Positions 1 to 9,846 are shown, counted from the first letter of the stretch. The stretch: DNA of 64,000 nt from a bacterium (GCA_021836035.1 JAKBJL010000003.1:132135-196134); one strand, 5' to 3'. Numbers and translations are program-made. The notes: generated by a model not told the origin, from the sequence alone.

Positions 1-1432
1 ACAGGAAAATGGTGCCAAACCGATGGTCGGCAGATTGGGACAGATTTACTATCCCCTAAAGGACTCGCCACCAGAGCGAGCCATTCTGGTATTGGAAAAA
101 ATTCCAGACCGGGAATCTCAGCGACTGTCTCCAGCCGTAACATATATGACTGGAATTAATCTGGCCGAAGCGAATTTTATGTTCCGCCCTGACAGGGCGG
201 CAATTTTAAATGAACATTTGGCTGGAGATCCAAAGTTGCAAGGGCTACATAAACAGTTTATCGATGAGGTGTCAGCACAAGTGCAAACAAACCCTGACGA
301 CAAGCAAGCTTTAACAGATATTGCTATTAAATACTCTCTAATTTATGACAGATACACTCGGGAAAATAGATATTATGCTTTGGGATTTTCTGTTAAAAAT
401 AATTTCTCTGACAATGACTATCCCAGCCTGGAAGCAATTGCTAATAATCCCGACAAGGGCTACTACTGCCAGATTGCATCCCAAGCGTATCGTGAGTTTA
501 TGACATCTGGAGGGTTTATGGCGGTAGACCAACCAGGCATTACGTTTAAAGATTATAAGGAGCAATTATGGGGACAGGTTGGTCATCAGAATAATGCGGT
601 AATACTTCCCAATGGGGATGTTTTGTACGTAGATATAACTCCAGGTATCACAGACCGTACACCAAAAGAGGACATTGATGCCCTAACACCTAAGCAACCT
701 AAGCCAGAAGAGGTGCAAACACAACAGGACCAGGAATCTATCTTTAATATGGCCCTCAAGTACGGTGTTGGAACAGGAGTTGTTGGGACGGCACTATACG
801 GTTCTTATGAGCTATATGGAAGGATCAGACACCGAGCGGCTCTTGGTTATGTTGAGAAGTTTCTGTCAGAAACTCGTGGATTATCAGAGATTGAAAAGGA
901 AGTTTTACTATCGACAGTAAACGACTTAGCATATAGACCGTATACAGCCGAATTTTATAGCGAGGCAGCTAGAGTATTAGATAATTTGAACCTTTTTTCT
1001 GCTGAAAAACACGGCTCAACGGTGCAGTGGTTGCTCAATAATCACGTAGGGTTGCTTCATGGTGCTACGCCGCAAACAGCTTATGATAAATTGGTAGAAC
1101 AATATCAACAGGAGCCAGATATTTTAAGAACATACCTTGGGAGAACACAATCTGAGAAATCACCGGATTTTGATGTGGCATTTGAGACGGCAAAACTCCT
1201 GGACAAAAATAGGGTTGATATTTTGAAACGGCGACTTTACCAAAGACTTGATATGGAAAGCGGCGATAAGCAAGCTGGCGAACAAGCGAGTTATAAAGCG
1301 GCCGATATTTTAGAAATGGTAAGGGAACGCTTATATGATGACGCATTTCGCCGGCAACACATGGTTAGGGAGGAAAGTGCTCCTTACTACCAAGCTCTGT
1401 ACGACACACTACAAAGTCTAGGTACGGCTTAG
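1..1432 (+). CDS. hypothetical protein, 5-prime partial (the reading frame stays open upstream of the first ATG at 23 to the window edge)
   Basis: Long ORF 23..1432 (469 aa); the in-frame codons at 2..22 have no stop; no motif recognised. Confidence 0.5.
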   Translation, partial: QENGAKPMVGRLGQIYYPLKDSPPERAILVLEKIPDRESQRLSPAVTYMTGINLAEANFMFRPDRAAILNEHLAGDPKLQGLHKQFIDEVSAQVQTNPDDKQALTDIAIKYSLIYDRYTRENRYYALGFSVKNNFSDNDYPSLEAIANNPDKGYYCQIASQAYREFMTSGGFMAVDQPGITFKDYKEQLWGQVGHQNNAVILPNGDVLYVDITPGITDRTPKEDIDALTPKQPKPEEVQTQQDQESIFNMALKYGVGTGVVGTALYGSYELYGRIRHRAALGYVEKFLSETRGLSEIEKEVLLSTVNDLAYRPYTAEFYSEAARVLDNLNLFSAEKHGSTVQWLLNNHVGLLHGATPQTAYDKLVEQYQQEPDILRTYLGRTQSEKSPDFDVAFETAKLLDKNRVDILKRRLYQRLDMESGDKQAGEQASYKAADILEMVRERLYDDAFRRQHMVREESAPYYQALYDTLQSLGTA

Positions 1433-1475
1433 TTCCGCTCTCTATAAATGTTTGTCGAAGAGATAGAGCGTGGTT

Positions 1476-1802
1476 CTAGCGATTTCCTTTTGCTCGGTTG
1501 TGTGTTTTACACAACATTTGACAATTCTTGGCTGAAGTTGTGCCTCCTTTACTCCAAGCTGTTAGATGGTCAGCGTCCATCTCGTCAAAACTCCAAATCT
1601 TACTCTTGTTGGCATCATGTCCAACAGCACAATACGGACAGTTAGACCTTCCCTTATTTTTAGCTTCAGTGGTTTGTGTTGTGTAAATTGCTTTCTTGGT
1701 TGCTTCATCAAAAACTCGAATCTCGAGTAATTTTGTGTCGATTGAACCACCTAAGAAAGAAAATGACTGGATAGTAAACAATCGGATTATTTTCTTAATC
1801 AT
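1476..1802 (-). CDS. HNH endonuclease
   Basis: 108 aa with CPYC...HDANKSKIWSFDEMDADHLTAWSKGG...NCQMLCKTHNRAKGN: the two Cys pairs plus the HD/DH/HN residues of the HNH ββα-metal nuclease fold. Confidence 0.65.
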   Translation of the reverse strand: MIKKIIRLFTIQSFSFLGGSIDTKLLEIRVFDEATKKAIYTTQTTEAKNKGRSNCPYCAVGHDANKSKIWSFDEMDADHLTAWSKGGTTSAKNCQMLCKTHNRAKGNR

Positions 1803-2062
1803 ATTAACACCAGTTATTAGTGACGACGGACTGTACGAGAAGGTAAGAAAGGTTTTAGAGAATAACCAGAAGTATGCCCATGCCCTTAAGAAACGAAGTT
1901 TAACTATCTTTTAAGTGGTACGGTCTATTGTGGCTGCGGTAGCAGGCGTGTGGGGGATGGTACAAGCAAATATGGTCAAACTTCTATTACCGTTGTGTTG
2001 ACCGGATCCGTAAACCCACAGGAATAGTCGGTGGGTGTAAAGCTCAAGGGGCAAATGCTGCA

Positions 2063-2632
2063 GTGCTTGATGGGCTGTTTTGGAGAGAGCTTAAGAAGTA
2101 TTTAACAGATAAAGATTATCTACGTCAGCAAGCGCAAGAGTGGTTAACCTCAGAAATGAATCAAAATCAAACAAATGCTTTGGAAAAGGAAAGGCTGAAG
2201 GAACAAATAACCAAAGCCAGAGAAGAACAGGAGCGTTACGCAAAGGCTTACGGAGTGGAAACACTGGACTTTGAGCAATTCAAAGATTTAATGAGGGAGT
2301 CTAAAAGGAAAGTTGAGGAATTGGAAAAACGACTAGATGAACTTTCAATAGCAATCAGTGGCCATGTTATTAATCCCGAACAGCTGGATACTTTGTGCAA
2401 AGAAGCAGTAAAAGTCATAAAAAACCTTAACTTCGATGACAAAAAGAGGCTAATTGGCGATATAATCGATAAAGTTACCGTTCACGTAGATGGACGGGTA
2501 GAAGCCTTGGGGCATTTACCTTTATTCGCCCAAAGTTGGGACAGTAAACCAAATGTAACCCAAGAGTTGGGATTGTATGCTACAGGTAGGAATTATAGGG
2601 CTCCCGAATGTTGGAAAGTCCACGCTATTTAA
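2063..2632 (+). pseudogene. C-terminal fragment of a large-serine-recombinase-like protein (coiled coil + KRLIGDIIDKVTVHVDGRVEA tail); paralog of the island remnants at 35532 and 42709; its 3-prime end overlaps ychF start by 56 nt
   Basis: 189-aa ORF with no N-terminal catalytic domain; a heptad-rich coiled coil then a DUF4368-like tail (…l.rlIdkI.V..dg.i.i.f); the C-terminus aligns with ORFs 35532..35951 and 42709..43068. Confidence 0.35.
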
Positions 2633-3671
2633 TGCCTTACTTGAAAAGCAACAAGCGCTGGTAGCTAATTATCCGTTTGCCACAATTGAACCGAATGTGG
2701 GGATAGTAGCGGTACCGGACGAACGGCTCGGGGAACTGCAAAAGATAGTACAAGCACAGGAACAAGTACAAATAGAAGAAATACCGATTGTGCCGGCGAC
2801 GGTAAAGTTCGTGGATATTGCCGGATTGGTGAAGGGAGCGGCAGAAGGGGCGGGACTGGGGAATAAATTTTTAGCCCATATCCGGGAAGTGGATTTAATC
2901 TGCCATGTCGTCCGCGATTTTAAGGATGAGAATATTATCCGGGAGGGGAGTACAAATCCGGAATCGGATATAGAAGTGATTAACGCGGAATTAATACTGG
3001 CGGATTTACAGACAATTGCGAAAGCGGATAGCGGGAAGCGTAAAGCGGATAGTACGGAATTAAAGAATCGGTTGGGGGGATTGAAGAAACTTACAGGGGA
3101 ACTGAATAAAGGAAAGCTGGCCAGAGATGTGGAGCTGACCGAGGAAGAAGCGGAAGCGATAAAAGAGCTACAGTTGTTAACGATGAAACCGGTGTTGTAC
3201 GTAAGAAACGTGACATACGAAAACAGCTTAAAGCAAATAGCTAATGGCATAAATAACAAAATGGGAACAAATGAAAAAATTGAGATTGACGCGAAGCTGG
3301 AAGCGGAACTGGCCTCTCTAAGCGAAGAAGAGCAGAAGGAGTACCTGCAAAGCTTAGGAATTTCGGAACCGGGGTTAAACAGGTTGATTCAGAAAGCGTA
3401 CTCAATGCTAGGCCTAATTTCCTTTCTGACAGCAGGGGTAAAAGAGGTGCGGGCGTGGACGATTAAGCGCGGGACTAAGGCACCGCAAGCGGCCGGGGTA
3501 ATCCATACCGATTTTGAAAAAGGATTTATTAAAGCGGAAATAATAGATTTTAATGATTTTGTTAAATTGGGAGGGTGGAAGAAGGCCAGGGAAGAGGGGA
3601 AAGTCAGATTTGAAGGAAAAGAATATGTTATAAATGACGGTGACGTAGTAGAGTTCAAGGTTAACGCGTAG
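2577..3671 (+). CDS. ychF: ribosome-binding ATPase YchF (Obg-family GTPase)
   Basis: GIIGLPNVGKSTLFNAL P-loop, NYPFATIEPN, DIAGLVKGA, C-terminal TGS-like EFKVNA tail; 364 aa. Confidence 0.9.
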   Translation: MLQVGIIGLPNVGKSTLFNALLEKQQALVANYPFATIEPNVGIVAVPDERLGELQKIVQAQEQVQIEEIPIVPATVKFVDIAGLVKGAAEGAGLGNKFLAHIREVDLICHVVRDFKDENIIREGSTNPESDIEVINAELILADLQTIAKADSGKRKADSTELKNRLGGLKKLTGELNKGKLARDVELTEEEAEAIKELQLLTMKPVLYVRNVTYENSLKQIANGINNKMGTNEKIEIDAKLEAELASLSEEEQKEYLQSLGISEPGLNRLIQKAYSMLGLISFLTAGVKEVRAWTIKRGTKAPQAAGVIHTDFEKGFIKAEIIDFNDFVKLGGWKKAREEGKVRFEGKEYVINDGDVVEFKVNA

Positions 3672-3680
3672 TCGTTTTAA

Positions 3681-3850
3681 TTCAAGGATCCCGCCAGCCA
3701 CCCATCCCCGAAAAGCTAGCTTCGCCATCATGACGATTTTTTACAAATGTTTTTCTTTTTTTATTTTCTTTATTCTGTTTATTTAAAAAGGGGGGCTATG
3801 CCTATGCTTTTGGGGTCCCCGGTGGCTGTCACCCTTTTAAAATAAACGAG
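3681..3850 (+). repeat. intergenic inverted-repeat element, copy C (AAGGATCCCGCCAGCCACCCATCCCC … GGGGTCCCCGGTGGCTGTCACCCTTTTAAAA)
   Basis: Same architecture and arm sequences as the elements at 5241, 7169, 20151 and 51285. Confidence 0.4.
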
Positions 3851-4035
3851 TAATAACAAAACGAATAAAAAATATCCGCCAAAGGCGTTATCTAGAGACT
3901 GACCAGCCGCGGGCTGAGATCAGCCTTGGGTTGAAAAAACAAAAAATGAAAAACAAAAAATAATCTTGGAGTATTGTCTTTAGCAGGTAGAAATGGTAAA
4001 ATTTGCATCAATTATGGCTTTTATTAAGGCAAAAC

Positions 4036-4320
4036 ATGAGAGATTATGAGTTGACGATTTTGGTTCCGGCGAGTTTATCAGAAGCGGATTTGGAAAAGGA
4101 ACAATCAAAGATTGCCCAACTCCTTAAAAAATCCTCTGTCAAGGTAACCAGAGAAGCCAAAGCAACCAAAAAACCATTAGCGTACGAAATCGGTAAAATC
4201 CGGGAGGGATACTATTTATATTATGAGCTGGAAATGGGTCCGGAAACAGTTGCAGAATTGGACAAACTGATTAAAATGGAAGAGAATGTGATGAGACACT
4301 TGATCGTAAAAAGAGCGTAA
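4036..4320 (+). CDS. rpsF: 30S ribosomal protein S6
   Basis: MRDYELTILV…; likely true start is the internal Met at 4036; conserved rpsF-ssb-rpsR order. Confidence 0.85.
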   Translation: MRDYELTILVPASLSEADLEKEQSKIAQLLKKSSVKVTREAKATKKPLAYEIGKIREGYYLYYELEMGPETVAELDKLIKMEENVMRHLIVKRA

Positions 4321-4355
4321 AGCGTAAAGAGGTCTCTCTCTATACGCTAAATAAA

Positions 4356-4904
4356 ATGTCGAGCAGATCGCTGAATAAAGTAATGTTAATCGGGAACCTG
4401 ACCCGGGATCCGGAACTACGGTATACGCCGCAGGGAACAGCCGTGGCTACTTTCGGCCTGGCGACTAACCGTGGCTGGACGACCGATACCGGGGAGAAAA
4501 AGGAAGAGGTAGAATTTCACCGGCTGGTCTCTTGGAATAAACTGGCAGAGCTTTGCAGCCAGCTTTTATACAAGGGGGTTAAAGTCTATATTGAAGGAAG
4601 ACTGCAGACCCGAACTTTTACCGGTTCGGATAACGCTCAGCATTCAGTTACGGAGATTGTTGTTTCCGATATGGTTATCCTTTCCCCAAAGAGGGGAATT
4701 GAAGAAAGCGTGGGTTCAAGTACGAGTGTAAGTACAAGCGGACCCGGGGAAACGGAAAATGCTCCGGCGACTCCGGCACCGGCGGTTGAGGAAACAAAAA
4801 AGGGTAAAACCGCTCCCAAAGGAAAAACGGCAAAAAAGGAAGGCACAGAGACAGAGGAGGCTGTTGCGGAGGAAAAAGTGGATGTAGACGAAATACCCTT
4901 CTGA
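4356..4904 (+). CDS. ssb: single-stranded DNA-binding protein
   Basis: OB-fold LIGNLTRDPELRYTPQG…FHR, Gly/Pro/Glu-rich linker, acidic tail ending DEIPF; stop codon TGA. Confidence 0.9.
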   Translation: MSSRSLNKVMLIGNLTRDPELRYTPQGTAVATFGLATNRGWTTDTGEKKEEVEFHRLVSWNKLAELCSQLLYKGVKVYIEGRLQTRTFTGSDNAQHSVTEIVVSDMVILSPKRGIEESVGSSTSVSTSGPGETENAPATPAPAVEETKKGKTAPKGKTAKKEGTETEEAVAEEKVDVDEIPF

Positions 4905-4996
4905 TGACTAACCCCTCGACTGCGCTCGGGGTGGGCAGCAAACCTCGATTAATTCGGGGTAAATAGCTTAAAGCGCAAAGCACAAAAATAATTTTT

Positions 4997-5230
4997 ATGT
5001 ATCGAAAATATATCAAGCCAAAGCCGGTCAGAAAAAATTGCGAATTTTGTCATAACGATGCGGAGCCGGATTATAAAAACCCGGACGCTCTGCGGCGTTA
5101 TATTACGGAGCGCGGCAAAATCCAGGGCAAGGACAGAAGCGGAGTTTGTACTAAACATCAGAAAAGACTGGCGGTCCAGATTAAAAGAGCAAGACACCTT
5201 GCCTATCTTCCTTTTGTCGCCGGACTTTAA
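4997..5230 (+). CDS. rpsR: 30S ribosomal protein S18
   Basis: CEFCHNDAEPDYKNPDALRRYITERGKI…TKHQKRLAVQIKRAR. Confidence 0.9.
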   Translation: MYRKYIKPKPVRKNCEFCHNDAEPDYKNPDALRRYITERGKIQGKDRSGVCTKHQKRLAVQIKRARHLAYLPFVAGL

Positions 5231-5240
5231 TATTATAATT

Positions 5241-5402
5241 TAAGGGTCCTGGCAACCCGCAGCCCCAAAACACTATTTCGCCCATACGTCTGATTTGTAT
5301 CTTGTTTCTTGTATCTTGGTAATTTAATTCTGGTCGGGCGAAAGAAGAGGGGGCTCATTCGTGTTTGGGGCTCCCCGCGGGTTACCGCCCTTACTAAAAA
5401 CC
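5241..5402 (+). repeat. intergenic inverted-repeat element, copy A (TAAGGGTCCTGGCAACCCGCAGCCCC … GGGGCTCCCCGCGGGTTACCGCCCTTACTAAAAACC)
   Basis: ~25-bp imperfect inverted repeats flanking ~110 nt; near-identical ends in copy B at 51285..51442; the internal GCGAAAGAAGAGGGGG block is shared. Confidence 0.55.
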
Positions 5403-5488
5403 GTGTAATAATGCATTAATCTAATTCTTGTGCTTTTTCCTTCCATAAGGTAACTTGGTAGAGTAAAATATATAAACTGAGGAAAAGC

Positions 5489-6154
5489 ATGGAATTGAAA
5501 TTCGAATCTGTTGCCCGTTGGTTACCGTTTAATCCCGATCCGCTGATGGTGGAGAATTGGATCGGCAATCGTACTCTCTATCCCGAGCTGTTGCCCCAAA
5601 CGGAAGAAGAACTTTATCTCGAACAGGCGGCGATGCGGGAAGAATTACGGGAACAGGTGCTGACCGGTGCTTCTCAGATAAAGGGAAAACCAGCGGAAAA
5701 TCCTGCCCCCAATTGGGAAAGGTTAATCCCGAAACTACGGCGTATAGCCAGAAGTGATAACGAGGTTTTAGGAATAATTCTGGATGGATTGGAACCAAAG
5801 GATATTTTTTCGGTACCGGGCTTAGCTTTAGTTATTGCTCCGGTAGGAATGATCCCTCCCGGTACGGCAGTTGCTGCTGAAGTGATTGTTGATCTTGGAT
5901 TAACGGAAAAACAGAAAATGTTGATCCCCCCCGATGACATTCTCCTTTTGCCATTGCCTCGTAACCAGAAAGCGAAATTAAAAATCAAACTGAACCGGGA
6001 TTTGCGCCTAAATAAAAAAGGCGGTCTGACTTTGGAATTAGAGAGCGAAGGGTGCGGAGTTTTATTAGATTTAAGAGGTAGACCGATCAATTTACCGCTG
6101 GCCGACGGTTACAGCCGGGAAAGGGTGAAGAAATGGCGCGGGGTATTAAACTAG
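5489..6154 (+). CDS. hypothetical protein
   Basis: 221-aa ORF upstream of, and co-directional with, the ctpA/htrA protease genes; no motif recognised. Confidence 0.5.
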   Translation: MELKFESVARWLPFNPDPLMVENWIGNRTLYPELLPQTEEELYLEQAAMREELREQVLTGASQIKGKPAENPAPNWERLIPKLRRIARSDNEVLGIILDGLEPKDIFSVPGLALVIAPVGMIPPGTAVAAEVIVDLGLTEKQKMLIPPDDILLLPLPRNQKAKLKIKLNRDLRLNKKGGLTLELESEGCGVLLDLRGRPINLPLADGYSRERVKKWRGVLN

Positions 6155-6155
6155 A

Positions 6156-7157
6156 ATGTCCTCTCTTACTATTCCGGTAATCAAAAAAATAAAAGAAAAG
6201 GAAAAAATGGTTCTTACCCGTCAGATTACGGGTGAATCAATGGTGAGCGTTGGGGAAGAAGTGGCCGCCGAAACAATCCTAGGTACTAAACGGTTTTCCC
6301 GGGAAGTAAAGTATCGATTGCCCGGGGCTAAATTAACTGTTTCTCCCGGTGAGAAAATCGTTCGGGGACAACTAATCGGCAGCCGCAAAGTAATGTTAGG
6401 CTTGCGGAGCAGCAAAATTTTGGCGCCGGTTGACGGGGAAGTAAAAAGTATCGGTAATAACGGGGAAGTCGTTTTCCAGGAATACGGGCAGGCTGAAAAA
6501 ATTGCCGCCGGCTGCTGGGGGAAGATTGCGGCGATTGAGGACGGTACGGTCAGTATTGAGACGATGGTTAAGCGGATTTTCGGTGCTACCGGCATCGGCG
6601 GATCCTGTAGCGGTTTTATTAAAAACCTGGCCAAAAGCGACGAGATCGTTACCCCGCAGTTGCTGAGTAGTTCGGTAGCCGGAATGATTGTCTGCGGCGG
6701 CAGCTTGCTTTTACGGGAAACGGTAGAAAAAGCGCAGGCATTAGGTGCTTGCGGCATCATCGCCGGAGGTATCAATTACCGGGAATTTGCCGCTTTCAAA
6801 AAAGAAAACCACCCTTTCACCATTGTAATTACCGATGGATTCGGAGCCGTACCTATGGGAATAAATATTCCTGAAGTTTATGCGATGGTTGACGGATCCG
6901 AAGCAATGGTTACAATCCCTGTAAATATAAAAACTGTGTCTAAAAGTGAGGAAAAGGAGGTTGAACGAGTGCCTTTAAATATCGGCACAGTAGTACGGAT
7001 TTTAGCGGCGGAGAAAATGGGGCGCTACGGGAAAATTACCGCCATTTCGGAAAAAGAGGAAGTATTACCCAGCGGGTTAAAAGATTTTGTCGCGGAAGTA
7101 AAAGTTGGGGAGGAGATGTCAGCGGTGGCGGTGAGTAACTTACAGGCAGTAATATAA
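6156..7157 (+). CDS. hypothetical protein with repeated lipoyl/hybrid-barrel-like segments
   Basis: 333 aa; repeated …VSPGEKIVRGQLIG…ILAPVDGEV… beta-barrel-type motifs; tightly coupled to the upstream ORF. Confidence 0.5.
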   Translation: MSSLTIPVIKKIKEKEKMVLTRQITGESMVSVGEEVAAETILGTKRFSREVKYRLPGAKLTVSPGEKIVRGQLIGSRKVMLGLRSSKILAPVDGEVKSIGNNGEVVFQEYGQAEKIAAGCWGKIAAIEDGTVSIETMVKRIFGATGIGGSCSGFIKNLAKSDEIVTPQLLSSSVAGMIVCGGSLLLRETVEKAQALGACGIIAGGINYREFAAFKKENHPFTIVITDGFGAVPMGINIPEVYAMVDGSEAMVTIPVNIKTVSKSEEKEVERVPLNIGTVVRILAAEKMGRYGKITAISEKEEVLPSGLKDFVAEVKVGEEMSAVAVSNLQAVI

Positions 7158-7168
7158 TGGGGAAATAT

Positions 7169-7320
7169 TTAAAGGATTTGGGATCCCGACAGCTGTTTTC
7201 CCCGGAAATGCATCTTGCCATAAGGCGGTTTTAAAACGGATCATTCTTGTTTCTAATTTTATGAAAAGAAGATGGCAAGCTGCGCTTTCCCGGGGACCCT
7301 GCTAGCTGCCACTCCTTAAC
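7169..7320 (+). repeat. intergenic inverted-repeat element, copy E
   Basis: GGGATCCCGACAGCTGTTTTCCCCGG … GGCAAGCTGCGCTTTCCCGGGGACCCTGCTAGCTGCCACTCCTTAA; shares the GGCAAGCTGCGC block with copy D. Confidence 0.35.
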
Positions 7321-7379
7321 AATTTTGTAGGTATTTTTGTATATTGGGAATTAATATATAAATCGGATATAATTTTCCC

Positions 7380-8621
7380 GTGATAATTAAACTGAGAACA
7401 ATAAGAAACCTAGCGGTTATCCTTGCTCTTCTGGTTCTTGCCGGTGGAGTAGGCTATAACTTGGGGCAGAGGGATGTCAAAGTCCGTTGGAAAAATTTAC
7501 CCCAGGTAGAGATAACCAATAAGTTGCCGCCTTCTAACCGGGATGTTGACTTTTCGCTTTTTTGGGATGTCTGGAGCAGGGTGGAAAGCAGTTATGTGGA
7601 CAAGTCTAAACTGCAGCCGCAAACCATGGTTTACGGGGCAATTTCCGGGATGGTTTCTTCTCTGGGCGATCCCTATACGGTTTTTCTCCCGCCGCAGGAA
7701 AATAAAGAGAGCAAAGAGGAACTGAACGGCAGTTTTGAGGGAATTGGCGCCCAACTGGGAATTAAGGAGAACAAGATTGTAGTAGTAGCCCCGGTTTCCG
7801 GGATGCCGGCAGAGGCAGCGGGGATTAAAGCCGGTGATTGGATCGTTAAAGTTGACGGTAAAGAAACCGCCAACTGGACTTTACCCGAAGCGGTAAACAA
7901 CATCCGTGGAACGAAGGGAACCGAAGTTACTCTGACTATTCTGCATCCCGGCCAGACAAAAACGACCGATGTCAAAGTGGTCAGAAATACCATTGTTATC
8001 AAATCAATTGAATGGCAAGTCAAGGAAGCCTCCGGTTCAGCTAAGGAGATAGTCTATCTGCGCCTGAGCCGTTTCGGCGATACTACTAATACGGAGTTTG
8101 ATACCGCAGTCACGGAGATTACCGAGAAGATGCAATCTGACAGCAATATCCGGGGACTGGTTTTGGATTTGCGTAACAATCCGGGCGGTTATCTTAATGG
8201 CGCGGTCTATGTTGCCAGCGAATTTCTCAAAGACGGGGAGGTGGTCAAGCAAGCAAACGGCGACGGAACTTCCCAGACTTTTACGGTTAACCGGCAAGGC
8301 AAGCTAACTCAGGTACCCATGGTGGTGTTGATCAACCAGGGCAGCGCTAGTGCTTCCGAGATTGTCGCTGGAGCTCTACAAGCGCGGGGAAGAGCAAAAC
8401 TAATTGGTACGCAAAGTTTCGGCAAAGGGAGTGTCCAGGAAGCCCAGGATTTACCCGGTGGAGCGGGACTGCACGTGACGATTTCCAAATGGTTGCTACC
8501 TGACGGGCGCTGGATTAATGGCAGTGGCTTGACACCAGATGATAAAATAGAACAGGACGAAAACGATCCGACGCGGGATTTACAGCTGGAAAAAGCGATC
8601 GAAATTCTAACCGCCGGATAA
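7380..8621 (+). CDS. ctpA: carboxyl-terminal processing protease (peptidase S41) with PDZ domain
   Basis: N-terminal TM segment, PDZ (GIKAGDWIVKVDG), S41 catalytic region (GLVLDLRNNPGGYL…GSASASEIVAGALQ). Confidence 0.85.
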   Translation: MIIKLRTIRNLAVILALLVLAGGVGYNLGQRDVKVRWKNLPQVEITNKLPPSNRDVDFSLFWDVWSRVESSYVDKSKLQPQTMVYGAISGMVSSLGDPYTVFLPPQENKESKEELNGSFEGIGAQLGIKENKIVVVAPVSGMPAEAAGIKAGDWIVKVDGKETANWTLPEAVNNIRGTKGTEVTLTILHPGQTKTTDVKVVRNTIVIKSIEWQVKEASGSAKEIVYLRLSRFGDTTNTEFDTAVTEITEKMQSDSNIRGLVLDLRNNPGGYLNGAVYVASEFLKDGEVVKQANGDGTSQTFTVNRQGKLTQVPMVVLINQGSASASEIVAGALQARGRAKLIGTQSFGKGSVQEAQDLPGGAGLHVTISKWLLPDGRWINGSGLTPDDKIEQDENDPTRDLQLEKAIEILTAG

Positions 8622-8627
8622 TTTATT

Positions 8628-9818
8628 ATGGGCAAAAAATTTTTAACAGCCATCGGTATTCTGGTAATTTTGATTTTACTCGGCATTGGCTCCGGGACCT
8701 TAGGAGTCAAGACCGACAAACTTAATTTTACTCTTCCGCAGATTGCCAATACCCTCCGTATTACCGGACCGAATACCGGACCTGTTCCGGCGGGTCAATC
8801 AACCACGAAAGTAGTTTCGGAAGAATCGGTGACTATTGATGTGGTTAAAAAAGTCTCGCCGGCGGTAGTTACCGTCGGAATTACGACTGCGCAATCTAAT
8901 CTCGGCAACCAGAATTTCGGTTTCGGCCCATTCGGCTTTTTCCAATCACCGGCTCCCCAAAACCAACAGCCGGTTAGCCAGAATATCGGCTCCGGTTTTA
9001 TTATTAAAAGCGACGGGCTGATCATTACCAACAAACATGTTGTATCAGATACTACGGCTAAATACCGGATAGTAACCGCCGATAATAAAACTTATGATGT
9101 CCAAAAAATTTATCGTGATCCAAACAATGATCTGGCAATTTTAAAAATTAACGCCACCGGCTTACCCTCGGTAGAGCTGGGCGATAGCAGTAGTCTACAG
9201 GTAGGGCAATTTGCTATAGCAATCGGGACAGCTTTGGGAGAGTTTCGTAGTACTGTTACTACCGGAGTTATTTCGGGAATAGGCAGGAGTATTACGGCCG
9301 GAGCCCCTTTCCAGGGAAGTGAGCAGTTAAATAACATTATCCAAACTTCGGCGGCGATTAATCCGGGGAATTCCGGGGGACCTTTACTTAACAGCTCGGG
9401 GCAGGTTATCGGGGTGAATGTGGCGACCGCATCGGACGCCCAGAATATCGGTTTTGCTTTACCGATCAATACCGTTAAGGATTCAATTAATATTTTCGAA
9501 ACCACCGGGTCTTTTCCTCAGAAGGCGTATCTCGGAGTTCAATACAGCATGGTCAGCCGGAATTTAGCGGTTATTAACGATATTCCCGAAGGAGCTTATA
9601 TCCAGAATGTCGTTACCGACAGCCCAGCGGATAAAGCAGGAGTCCATGACGGAGATATCATTACCAAAATTGACGGGCAAAATATCCGTGATACCAACGG
9701 GGGATTATCAGCGGTAATCAACAAGAAAAAGCCCGGGGATTCGGTAGAATTAACCATTTACCGGGATACTAATGAAACCATCACGATTAAAGTAACCCTC
9801 TCTGAATCGCCCTCTTAG
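8628..9818 (+). CDS. htrA: HtrA/DegP-family trypsin-like serine protease with C-terminal PDZ
   Basis: GSGFIIKSDGLIITNKHVV (His), NDLAILK (Asp), NPGNSGGPLLNSSGQVIGVN (Ser), PDZ at C-terminus. Confidence 0.85.
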   Translation: MGKKFLTAIGILVILILLGIGSGTLGVKTDKLNFTLPQIANTLRITGPNTGPVPAGQSTTKVVSEESVTIDVVKKVSPAVVTVGITTAQSNLGNQNFGFGPFGFFQSPAPQNQQPVSQNIGSGFIIKSDGLIITNKHVVSDTTAKYRIVTADNKTYDVQKIYRDPNNDLAILKINATGLPSVELGDSSSLQVGQFAIAIGTALGEFRSTVTTGVISGIGRSITAGAPFQGSEQLNNIIQTSAAINPGNSGGPLLNSSGQVIGVNVATASDAQNIGFALPINTVKDSINIFETTGSFPQKAYLGVQYSMVSRNLAVINDIPEGAYIQNVVTDSPADKAGVHDGDIITKIDGQNIRDTNGGLSAVINKKKPGDSVELTIYRDTNETITIKVTLSESPS

Positions 9819-9846
9819 AAAATTATAATTGGATAAATAGGATGTT

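Noticed and set aside
2669-3259. Long antisense ORFs inside ychF, htrA (9110..9505), argS (21418..21921), the Kef gene (56045..56452) and others
   Set aside because: They are low-complexity or Ser/Pro-rich translations opposite well-supported genes. They are typical antisense shadow ORFs.
4902-4904. Alternative genetic code (UGA as sense), as in some CPR lineages
   Set aside because: ssb terminates at TGA right after the canonical DEIPF tail, and the long ORFs do not need TGA read-through. The standard code fits.
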